This document shows positions 57,116 through 64,000 of a DNA stretch of 64,000 nucleotides, in pieces (positions within the stretch are counted from its first letter, which is position 1; each line of letters starts with the position of its first letter). A model generated the notes under the pieces. That model was not told the origin of the DNA, searched no databases, and saw only the letters and a program-made list of their open reading frames with translations. The stretch is from contig VMEP01000001.1 in NCBI GenBank assembly GCA_007375595.1, positions 10,061 through 74,060 of the forward strand, read 5' to 3'. Made by a program: the position numbers and the translations under genes. Origin of the DNA: Parcubacteria group bacterium LiPW_30 (GTDB lineage Bacteria; Patescibacteriota; Minisyncoccia; Phycocordibacterales; VMEP01).

Positions 57116-58015
57116 CTACCCTACCAAAGCATTAACACGTTCATTAATCGGTGGATGGGTTGAAAAAATTTTTACTAAAAACGGAGTCTTGTTGTCGGAA
57201 TTATTATTCGCCCCAAATGGATTCGAAATAAAAAGGTGCGCCGTCGCGTTATTGGCCTTCACCATTGGACGGTTATATCCCCCAATTTTCTTAAGTGCAT
57301 TTGCAAGACCTTCTGGATATCTAGTCAAAAGTACCCCTGAAGCATCCGCCAAGAACTCCCGCTTACGAGAAACGGCAAGCTGAAGAAGTGTTGCGGCAAT
57401 TGGAGCCAGTATCATTAAAACAATTCCAATAGCCATGATTACCCCACTTGCCTTATTGTCACGGTCATTATTACCACCAAAAAAAGAAGCACGCATTGCC
57501 ATATCTGAAATAATAGTAATAAAACCAACAAGCACCACAGCGACAGTAGAAACCAACATGTCTCTATTCCCAATATGAGAAAGCTCATGAGCTATCACTC
57601 CCTCAAGCTCATTCTTATCTAAAATTTGAAGAAGTCCTGTTGTCACCGCAACAACTGAATGTTCTTTATTTCTTCCTGTTGCAAAAGCATTCGGGGCTTG
57701 ATCATCAATCACATAAAGTTTTGGCATTGGAAGTCCGGCTGTAATTGAAAGATTTTCTACTATTGTGTAGAAGTTGAAAAACTCAGCTCTCGTTGCCTCT
57801 CTCGCGCCGGTCATAGAAAGAACTATCTTGTCCGAAAACCAATAGCTTGTGATGTTCATTCCAATACTGAAAGCAATGGCGATATACAAAATACTTTGAT
57901 TCCCAAAATACAAACTAGCAAACCACCCCACACCAATCACCACAGCGAAAAACACTGTCATGATGAACCAAGTTTTCAGTATATTTTGAGTTTGATGAGT
58001 ATATGGATTGGTCAT
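57116..58015 (-). CDS. htpX: Zinc metalloprotease HtpX (M48).
   Basis: N-terminal TM helices; HELSHIGNRD zinc-binding motif. Confidence 0.85.
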   Translation of the reverse strand: MTNPYTHQTQNILKTWFIMTVFFAVVIGVGWFASLYFGNQSILYIAIAFSIGMNITSYWFSDKIVLSMTGAREATRAEFFNFYTIVENLSITAGLPMPKLYVIDDQAPNAFATGRNKEHSVVAVTTGLLQILDKNELEGVIAHELSHIGNRDMLVSTVAVVLVGFITIISDMAMRASFFGGNNDRDNKASGVIMAIGIVLMILAPIAATLLQLAVSRKREFLADASGVLLTRYPEGLANALKKIGGYNRPMVKANNATAHLFISNPFGANNNSDNKTPFLVKIFSTHPPINERVNALVG

Positions 58016-58073
58016 TAAAATAATAGATTTAGTAAATTAAGTTAATTATTTTTACAAAAGAAAAACAAAAAAT

Positions 58074-58634
58074 CTAGAACTTTACTTCAACTGGATTGCG
58101 AGCACTAGCATCAGCCTCATCTAGTTCAAAGAATTCCATTTTTCCAAAATGAAAAATTGAAGCAATAAGATTTCCTGGGAATGACTCAATTCCGATTGAT
58201 AAATCACGAGCATTCATATTATAGAACCTTCGTGCTGCTTGAATTTTGTTTTCTGTGTCTGCTAATTCATTTTGAAGAGCAAGAAAATTCTGATTTGCTT
58301 TAAGTTCTGGGTACGCTTCCGCTATTGCGAAAATTGATTTCAATGCACCGGAAAGCATATTTTCTGCTGCCGCCTTATCGGCAACACCACCTGCTCCCAT
58401 CGCTTTCGCGCGAGCATCAGATACTTTTTCAAAGGCAGAGCTTTCGTGAGTAGCATAACCTTTAACAGTGTTCACTAAATTAGGAATAAGATCATAGCGA
58501 CGTTTCAATTGAACATCAATATCAGACCAAGCCTCCTTTGTGCGATTAACCAAAGCAACAAAACTGTTGTAAGCAAATATACCCCAAACTACAACCACGG
58601 CGACGACTGCTAAAATAATGTTTATTGGTGTCAT
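58074..58634 (-). CDS. lemA: LemA family protein.
   Basis: N-terminal TM plus NSFVALVNRTKEAWSDIDVQLKRRYDLIPNLVNTVKGYATHE, the conserved LemA core. Confidence 0.85.
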   Translation of the reverse strand: MTPINIILAVVAVVVVWGIFAYNSFVALVNRTKEAWSDIDVQLKRRYDLIPNLVNTVKGYATHESSAFEKVSDARAKAMGAGGVADKAAAENMLSGALKSIFAIAEAYPELKANQNFLALQNELADTENKIQAARRFYNMNARDLSIGIESFPGNLIASIFHFGKMEFFELDEADASARNPVEVKF

Positions 58635-58784
58635 AAAAAAATGAGTTAAAAAAAATTAATAACGATAAATAATATTAGTCGAATTATGACAGGACCACAC
58701 CTAAAATCAAGCAACGAAAAAACTCCCTAAAACATTTTGACTACAAAATGTTCGGGCTAGCCTAGGTGTACCAAAAACCCTAAG

Positions 58785-60428
58785 TTAGTAGCCCATGCTT
58801 GGTGCAGGTGCTTCTTTTTCTTCCTTTGGCTCATCGGCGATCGCGACTTCGGTCGTAAGTAAAACAGCAGCGGCTGAAGCAGCATTTTGAACACCGCTTC
58901 TTGTCACCTTTAGTGGATCAATAATTCCAGCCAAAATCATATCGGGAACTATTTCATCGTTTGCCGCATCATATCCAGAAAAACCTTTTGCGTTTTTAAC
59001 TTTATCAACGATAACAGAACCATCATCCTTACCGGCATTGATTGCAATCTGGCGAAGTGGCGCTTCAAGAGCTTTCAAAAGAATACTAACGCCAACCATG
59101 AATTCCGACTCAAAACTTTTCGCAAATGCCGGTGCGTGTTTTAATGTTGCTTCAACAGACTTCGCGGCCTTAATGAGCGCGACCCCACCGCCAGGGACAA
59201 TTCCTTCTTCGACAGCAGCCTTCGTCGCATTAACCGCATCTTCTATTTTTAATTTCAAATACTTCATTTCTGTCTCTGTTGCTGCTCCAACTTTTATAAC
59301 AGCAACTCCGCCAGTTAATTTTGCGAGTCGTTCTTCAATTTTCTCAACATCAAACTTAGATTCTGTTTTTTCGCGAATTTTTTTCAATTGAGATACTCGT
59401 GCTTCAATATCTGCTTTCTTTCCCTTCCCACCAACAATAGTTGTGCTGTCTTTTGTGGAAATTATTTTATTAGCATGACCCAAAACAGAAACATCAACAT
59501 TTTCAAGTTTAATACCAAGCTCGTCGGAAACAACTTTTGCTCCGGTCAAAACAGCAATATCTTGAAGTAGCTCTTTTTTTCTATCTCCGTACCCTGGCGC
59601 CTTAATTGCAAGCACTGAAAAAGCTCCACGGATTTTATTAACCACAAAAGTAGCCAGTGCTTCGCCGTCAACATCATCAGCAATAATCACAATCTCCTTC
59701 TTGCCGGTTTGGGCGAGTTTTTCAAGCAACGGTAAAATCTCCTTTATACTTGAAATCTTTTTATCGGTAATAAAAATAGGAGCATCTCTATATTCTGCCT
59801 CCATTCTATCGCCATTGGTTATCATATAAGGAGAAATGTACCCTTTATCAAACTGCATTCCTTCAACTATCTCAGATTCAATACCAAACGACTGTGATTC
59901 TTCCACTGTTACCACTCCGTCTTTGCCAACCTTGCCAATTGTGTCTGCAATAATTTTCCCAATCTCTTTAGATTCAGCAGATATAGAAGCCACCTGCATT
60001 ATTTCTTCTTTACTTTTTATCTCCTTACCAATCTTCTTCAAGGCAATCACTACTTCCCCTGCCGCGCTTTCAATCCCCAAACGAATTCCCATAGCGTTCA
60101 CACCCATAGTTGTCTGCTTGATACCTTCAGAGACAATGGCTTGGGTCAAAATAACGGCTGTCGTTGTGCCGTCCCCTGCGTTTTCATTTGTTTTAGTTGC
60201 AACCTCTTTCACAATCTCCGCACCCATGTTTTCAAATTTATCAGAAAGAGTAATTTCTTTTGCGATTGAAACTCCATCGTTTGTGATTGTTGGAGCGCCA
60301 TAGCCCTTATCGAAAACAACATTTCGCCCACGAGGACCAATTGTTATCTTTACTGCGTTTGCAACCTTATCAACTCCATTTTTTAAAAGTTGACGAGCAT
60401 TCTCATTGAAAATTATTTGTTTTGCCAT
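58785..60428 (-). CDS. groL: Chaperonin GroEL.
   Basis: MAKQIIFNENARQLLKNGVDKVANAVKITIGPRGRNVV...AVEEGIVPGGGVALI...C-terminal GGM-like tail. Confidence 0.95.
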   Translation of the reverse strand: MAKQIIFNENARQLLKNGVDKVANAVKITIGPRGRNVVFDKGYGAPTITNDGVSIAKEITLSDKFENMGAEIVKEVATKTNENAGDGTTTAVILTQAIVSEGIKQTTMGVNAMGIRLGIESAAGEVVIALKKIGKEIKSKEEIMQVASISAESKEIGKIIADTIGKVGKDGVVTVEESQSFGIESEIVEGMQFDKGYISPYMITNGDRMEAEYRDAPIFITDKKISSIKEILPLLEKLAQTGKKEIVIIADDVDGEALATFVVNKIRGAFSVLAIKAPGYGDRKKELLQDIAVLTGAKVVSDELGIKLENVDVSVLGHANKIISTKDSTTIVGGKGKKADIEARVSQLKKIREKTESKFDVEKIEERLAKLTGGVAVIKVGAATETEMKYLKLKIEDAVNATKAAVEEGIVPGGGVALIKAAKSVEATLKHAPAFAKSFESEFMVGVSILLKALEAPLRQIAINAGKDDGSVIVDKVKNAKGFSGYDAANDEIVPDMILAGIIDPLKVTRSGVQNAASAAAVLLTTEVAIADEPKEEKEAPAPSMGY

Positions 60429-60440
60429 ATTTTAAAAAAA

Positions 60441-60749
60441 TTATTTGATAATCGCTAAAATATTTTCTTCTTTTAACATGAAGTATTCATCTCCCTCAAC
60501 CTTTACTTCATCTGGTCCGTATTTAGAAAAGATAACCATATCTCCAACTTTAACCTTCATTGGTAAAATTTTTCCTTCATTATTCATACGACCCTCACCA
60601 ACAGCTATAACTTTCCCCTGCTCTGGTCTTTCTTGATCAACTGTTTCTGGAATAATAATTCCACTTTTAGTTTTTTTAGCGTCTTCTTTAGTGAATGGTT
60701 TAACTAAAACTCTGTCTCCGAGTGGAATAATTTTTGTTTCTTTTTTCAT
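60441..60749 (-). CDS. groS: Co-chaperonin GroES.
   Basis: IIPLGDRVLVKP...GIIIPETVDQERPEQGKVIAVGEGR. Confidence 0.95.
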   Translation of the reverse strand: MKKETKIIPLGDRVLVKPFTKEDAKKTKSGIIIPETVDQERPEQGKVIAVGEGRMNNEGKILPMKVKVGDMVIFSKYGPDEVKVEGDEYFMLKEENILAIIK

Positions 60750-60896
60750 ATTTTTGTTTAGTTATTAATAAAATGAATTAATTAATAGAAGCCCTTGAAA
60801 CAACAATCATACACTACTTTATAACAAATACGGCAATATAATATTCCATCTGTATATAGCTGTCAAAATAACTTTTTTTTATTAAATTAATCTGGT

Positions 60897-60925
60897 TTGA
60901 CATAATTATTATTACGTTGTAATAT
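60897..60925 (+). promoter_or_regulatory. Near-consensus sigma70 promoter for the alpha-CTD-like gene (TTGACA-17-TAATAT).
   Basis: ttgaca (60897-60902), 17-nt spacer, taatat (60920-60925), about 50 nt upstream of the ATG at 60976. Confidence 0.5.
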
Positions 60926-60975
60926 CTCAAGAGCAGACCTTTCCTAGTTAATACCACTAAACGGAGGAACACGAA

Positions 60976-61500
60976 ATGGCAGGAATCTCTCACGAGTTAA
61001 GTAAGCTCGCCGACGAACTGAGCAAGATCGAGTCCCAAACCAACGCGGCACACGTGCGCCTCGGTGGTGCGAAAACGAAGCTCAATTCCGCGCAATTGCA
61101 CCTCGATACGATGCAAGCCGCATTCCAATCGGCAGAAAAGCAACTGGCAGATGTGAACGATCGCAAGGCAGCTTTACTGAAGCAAGTCACCGATCTCGTC
61201 AAAGCCGAGATTCCTCCCGTCCGGGATGATTCAATCTCGGCAATGAGAATCGTCAACGCCGCCGAGTTTCCAGTGCTGACACTAACCGTGAGCGATCTCG
61301 AACTCAATGTACGCCCTGAAAATTGCCTCAAAGGGGCTTCCATCTATTACCTCGGTGACTTAGTTCAACTTACCGAAGCCGAGGTCTTGGAAATTCCGAA
61401 CTTCGGCCCCAAATGCCTGCAAGAAACACTGGAAGCCCTTTCTTTTCGTGGCCTCACTCTCGGCATGAAGGTCACGGGCTGGTCACCCCCTCAGCCTTGA
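60976..61500 (+). CDS. Standalone RNA polymerase alpha-subunit C-terminal domain (alpha-CTD) homologue fused to an N-terminal coiled coil; encoded in a GC-rich (about 52%) islet.
   Basis: C-terminal SDLELNVRPENCLKGASIYYLGDLVQLTEAEVLEIPNFGPKCLQETLEALSFRGLTLGMKVTGWSPP aligns residue-for-residue with RpoA alpha-CTD (E. coli [66 protein letters not shown]). N-terminal 90 aa are heptad-rich. Strong SD ACGGAGGAACACGAAATG and a strong terminator follow. Confidence 0.7.
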   Translation: MAGISHELSKLADELSKIESQTNAAHVRLGGAKTKLNSAQLHLDTMQAAFQSAEKQLADVNDRKAALLKQVTDLVKAEIPPVRDDSISAMRIVNAAEFPVLTLTVSDLELNVRPENCLKGASIYYLGDLVQLTEAEVLEIPNFGPKCLQETLEALSFRGLTLGMKVTGWSPPQP

Positions 61501-61528
61501 ACATTCGCATTTGGTGGCCTTAGACACC

Positions 61529-61562
61529 AACCCCCGCATGACATGCGGGGTTCTTCTTTTTT
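61529..61562 (+). terminator. Intrinsic terminator of the alpha-CTD-like gene.
   Basis: aacccccgcatgacatgcggggtt + cttctttttt. Confidence 0.7.
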
Positions 61563-61729
61563 AAAAGAGTAATTTACTACGTTGGATTTCCGAATTTTAA
61601 TACTCTTAAAATACTTTTTTAAAACATTGCGCAGTGCGACGGCACGAGCATAGTAAATTTTTAGCAAAAAATTATACGTGTTTTAAAAAAGTATTTTAAA
61701 AAGATAGATGTTGCATTTTTTACTACCCT

Positions 61730-61981
61730 TTGGTAGAGTTTTTACATATGGAACTTATCGCTACTGCCCTACCGTGGGCCCAAGTTGCGCTTTCCGCTCT
61801 ACTCATTGCCGCAATACTGCTTCAGCAGTCCGGTACTGATACAGGCGGGGCCTTAGGTGGAGGAGAAGGATCAAGCTGGCAAAACAGCAAAAGAGGAGTA
61901 GAAAAAATACTCTTTAATGCAACGATAATAATCGCTCTTTTGTTTGCTGTCTCTTCTTTTCTTGCTCTCGTCGTCCGATAA
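61730..61981 (+). CDS. secG: Preprotein translocase subunit SecG.
   Basis: ALSALLIAAILLQQSGTDTGGALGGGEGSSWQNSKRGVEKILFNATIIIALLFAVSSFLAL, the SecG two-TM pattern with a Gly-rich loop. The start may be the ATG at 61748. Confidence 0.75.
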   Translation: MVEFLHMELIATALPWAQVALSALLIAAILLQQSGTDTGGALGGGEGSSWQNSKRGVEKILFNATIIIALLFAVSSFLALVVR

Positions 61982-62054
61982 AGCTCCAAAAGCCAAACTG
62001 TATTAATTCTACATACAGGCCGATTGGCTATTAAATTAAACAAAAATAACTCTA

Positions 62055-63818
62055 GTGAACGAAGAGAATAGTATAAAGGGAAGCAATATCCCTTCAAAAA
62101 AAGAAGTTATCCGAGCAATCGGCTCTTTTTCGTGTAAAGAAAAGAAGGCTCTATTAATACTCGCGGGATTGTTTGTTGTTAGTTTTCTTTGGTTTGTACA
62201 GTCGGTTAATCAAGAGTTTAAAGTTAATGTTCCAGCCCACGGCGGAACATTAACGGAAGGAATTATTGGTACACCAAGACTAATCAATCCGGTTCTTGCA
62301 ATATCAGATGCCGATCGAGACATTACTGAATTAGTTTACTCTGGACTCATCAGGAAGATGCCTGATGGAGAAATTGTGCCTGATTTAGCTTCTAGTTATG
62401 AAATTTCAAACGACGGACTTTCTTATACTTTCACACTAAAAGATGATCTAACTTTCCACGACGGCAAACCGCTTACAACAGACGATGTTCTCTTTACAAT
62501 AGAAAAAGCACAGGACCAAGTTTTAAAAAGTCCAAAGCGTTTAAACTGGGAGGGTGTGACTGTACAAAAAATAGATGACAAGAAAATTCGTTTTATTTTA
62601 AAACAGCCATACTCCCCTTTTATTGAAAACGCTACGATAGGAATATTACCAAAACATATCTGGAAAAACATAAGTTCAGAACAAATGAGCTTGAGTGACT
62701 TCAACACAAATGGAGTTGGCTCTGGTCCTTACAAAATAGAATCTATAAAAAAAGATTCCTCTGGAATACCTTCCTACTATAAATTAAATTCTTTTAAAAA
62801 ATTCGCACTTGGTAAACCATATATAGACACAATAGTGGTTCGTTTTTACGCAAACGAAAAAGAACTCGTTCAAGCCCTAAAGAACGGGGCCGTGGATAAT
62901 ATAAATGCCATAGACCCAGAATACGCCAAGGATATCTCTAAAGATTTCCAAATAATTACAACTCCGCTTCCTAGAATATTTGGTGTATTCTTCAACCAAA
63001 ATCAATCTCCTGCCCTATCTGATATAGCTGTACGCCGAGCTTTAAATAACACCGTTAATAGAAAAGAAATTATTGATTCAGTTCTCTATGGTTATGGGAT
63101 ACCAGCCTATAGCCCAATACCAAAAACGGGCAAAGATTATGTCCCTGTCTATCAAAGTTCTGAAGCCACAGATCAAGATAAAAAAATAACGGAAGCAAGA
63201 GCTTCCCTCGAAAAAGCTGGGTGGAAATGGAACGAAGAAAAAAAAGTTCTTGAGAAAAAAGATAAAAAAAATACCGTTGCACTTTCCTTCTCGATAACAA
63301 CAGCGGACACCCCAGAATTAAAAGCGGCAGCGATGTTGATTGAGAATCAATGGGAAAAACTAGGAGCAAATGTTGAAATAAGAATATTTGAATCAGGAGA
63401 CTTAAACCAAAATATAATACGACCAAGAAAATATGACGCTCTTTTGTTCGGAGAAATAATAAGACAAAATTCCGACCCGTATGCTTTCTGGCATTCATCT
63501 CAAAGAAACGACCCAGGACTAAATATTGCGATGTACGCAAACTCGTCTGTCGATAAACTATTAGAGACAGCTCGAACAACCACCGATGAAAAAAAGAGAC
63601 AAGAGTCATACCGTTTGTTTGAAAATGAAATATCAAGTGACGTTCCCGCAATCTTCCTTTACTCGCCTGATTTTATTTACGTATTAGGCAAGAAATTGAA
63701 AGGCGTTGATTTCGGAGAAACGACAATAACCTCAGAAAGGTTTACGGTTGTTTACAAATGGTATTTAAAGACAGAAAACGTTTGGAAGATTTTTACTAAA
63801 GAAGAAAACATTATCTAA
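62055..63818 (+). CDS. ABC transporter substrate-binding protein, family 5 (Opp/Dpp-like), membrane-anchored.
   Basis: N-terminal TM anchor; GTLTEGIIGTPRLINPVLA...LIRKMPDGEIVPDLASSYEISNDGLSYTFTLKDDLTFHDGKPLTTDDV, typical SBP_bac_5. Confidence 0.8.
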   Translation: MNEENSIKGSNIPSKKEVIRAIGSFSCKEKKALLILAGLFVVSFLWFVQSVNQEFKVNVPAHGGTLTEGIIGTPRLINPVLAISDADRDITELVYSGLIRKMPDGEIVPDLASSYEISNDGLSYTFTLKDDLTFHDGKPLTTDDVLFTIEKAQDQVLKSPKRLNWEGVTVQKIDDKKIRFILKQPYSPFIENATIGILPKHIWKNISSEQMSLSDFNTNGVGSGPYKIESIKKDSSGIPSYYKLNSFKKFALGKPYIDTIVVRFYANEKELVQALKNGAVDNINAIDPEYAKDISKDFQIITTPLPRIFGVFFNQNQSPALSDIAVRRALNNTVNRKEIIDSVLYGYGIPAYSPIPKTGKDYVPVYQSSEATDQDKKITEARASLEKAGWKWNEEKKVLEKKDKKNTVALSFSITTADTPELKAAAMLIENQWEKLGANVEIRIFESGDLNQNIIRPRKYDALLFGEIIRQNSDPYAFWHSSQRNDPGLNIAMYANSSVDKLLETARTTTDEKKRQESYRLFENEISSDVPAIFLYSPDFIYVLGKKLKGVDFGETTITSERFTVVYKWYLKTENVWKIFTKEENII

Positions 63819-63835
63819 AAAAATAATTAAAAAAC

Positions 63836-64000
63836 ATGACTGATAAAACAGAAAAACCAACAGGAAAAGACGGAGCAAAACCAACGTCACATGTACGACG
63901 TGCAACTAGAACATTTCCAAATCTACAAAGTGGCACAAGCACCGGAAACATCTCTGCTCGGGGAGCTGTAAGTAGTGCTCGATTTACTAGCACTCCTGGA
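63836..64000 (+). CDS. Possible 5' end of a further gene (partial, runs off the window).
   Basis: MTDKTEKPTGKDGAKPTSHVRRATRTFPNLQSGTSTGNISARGAVSSARFTSTPG; open to the window end; no recognisable domain. Confidence 0.2.
   Translation, partial: MTDKTEKPTGKDGAKPTSHVRRATRTFPNLQSGTSTGNISARGAVSSARFTSTPG

Noticed and set aside
60750-60975. Searched for a CIRCE (HrcA) inverted repeat TTAGCACTC-N9-GAGTGCTAA upstream of groES.
   Set aside because: No match was found; the region instead holds the divergent promoter of the alpha-CTD-like gene.

Overview
This is a low-GC (about 33-35%), gene-dense bacterial window. Its style points to a small-genome, CPR/Patescibacteria-like organism, which is an inference from gene content and weak or absent Shine-Dalgarno sites rather than a verified assignment. 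Housekeeping genes are present on both sides: secA (5' portion, 3' end cut at the window edge), murB, murC, murI, rsmI, class II RNR nrdJ, groES/groEL, htpX, lemA, secG, a CDP-alcohol phosphatidyltransferase, a prepilin-type pilin, an Opp/Dpp-like substrate-binding protein, tRNA-Ile(GAT) and tRNA-Ser(GGA). The centre (about 12.1-40.4 kb) is a roughly 28-kb surface-glycan locus. It carries GDP-fucose synthesis (gmd, fcl), a Wzm/Wzt ABC exporter, asnB, at least 12 glycosyltransferases (GT2, GT4, a GT11 fucosyltransferase-like protein, a GT9-like protein) and at least 7 SAM methyltransferases. It also holds an epimerase, a cupin, and a kinase / TPP-dependent E1 alpha/beta / Zn-ADH sub-operon. Upstream (4-11 kb) a winged-helix regulator with a PaaX/Cas2-like fold is bracketed by two copies of a 38-44 bp palindrome. 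It sits next to a small membrane protein, a 1037-aa secreted hydrolase + lamin-tail-domain (LTD) protein and a Wzy/TPR membrane protein. The most unusual features are as follows. (1) Six short GC-rich islets (about 50% GC) are embedded in the AT-rich backbone; five of them carry a self-contained coding unit with a strong RBS and, in most cases, an intrinsic terminator. The other, at 3.29-3.99 kb, is ORF-free and packed with hairpins. One of them encodes a standalone homologue of the RNA polymerase alpha C-terminal domain fused to a coiled coil. (2) Small GIY-YIG nuclease genes behave as mobile cassettes: one is flanked by a 16-17 bp direct repeat duplicating the 5' end of a glycosyltransferase gene, the other by partial duplicates of tRNA-Ser. 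(3) An LTD-PKD surface protein is co-operonic with a cytoplasmic TraG/HerA-like ATPase. No CRISPR array, rRNA or classical IS transposase was seen.
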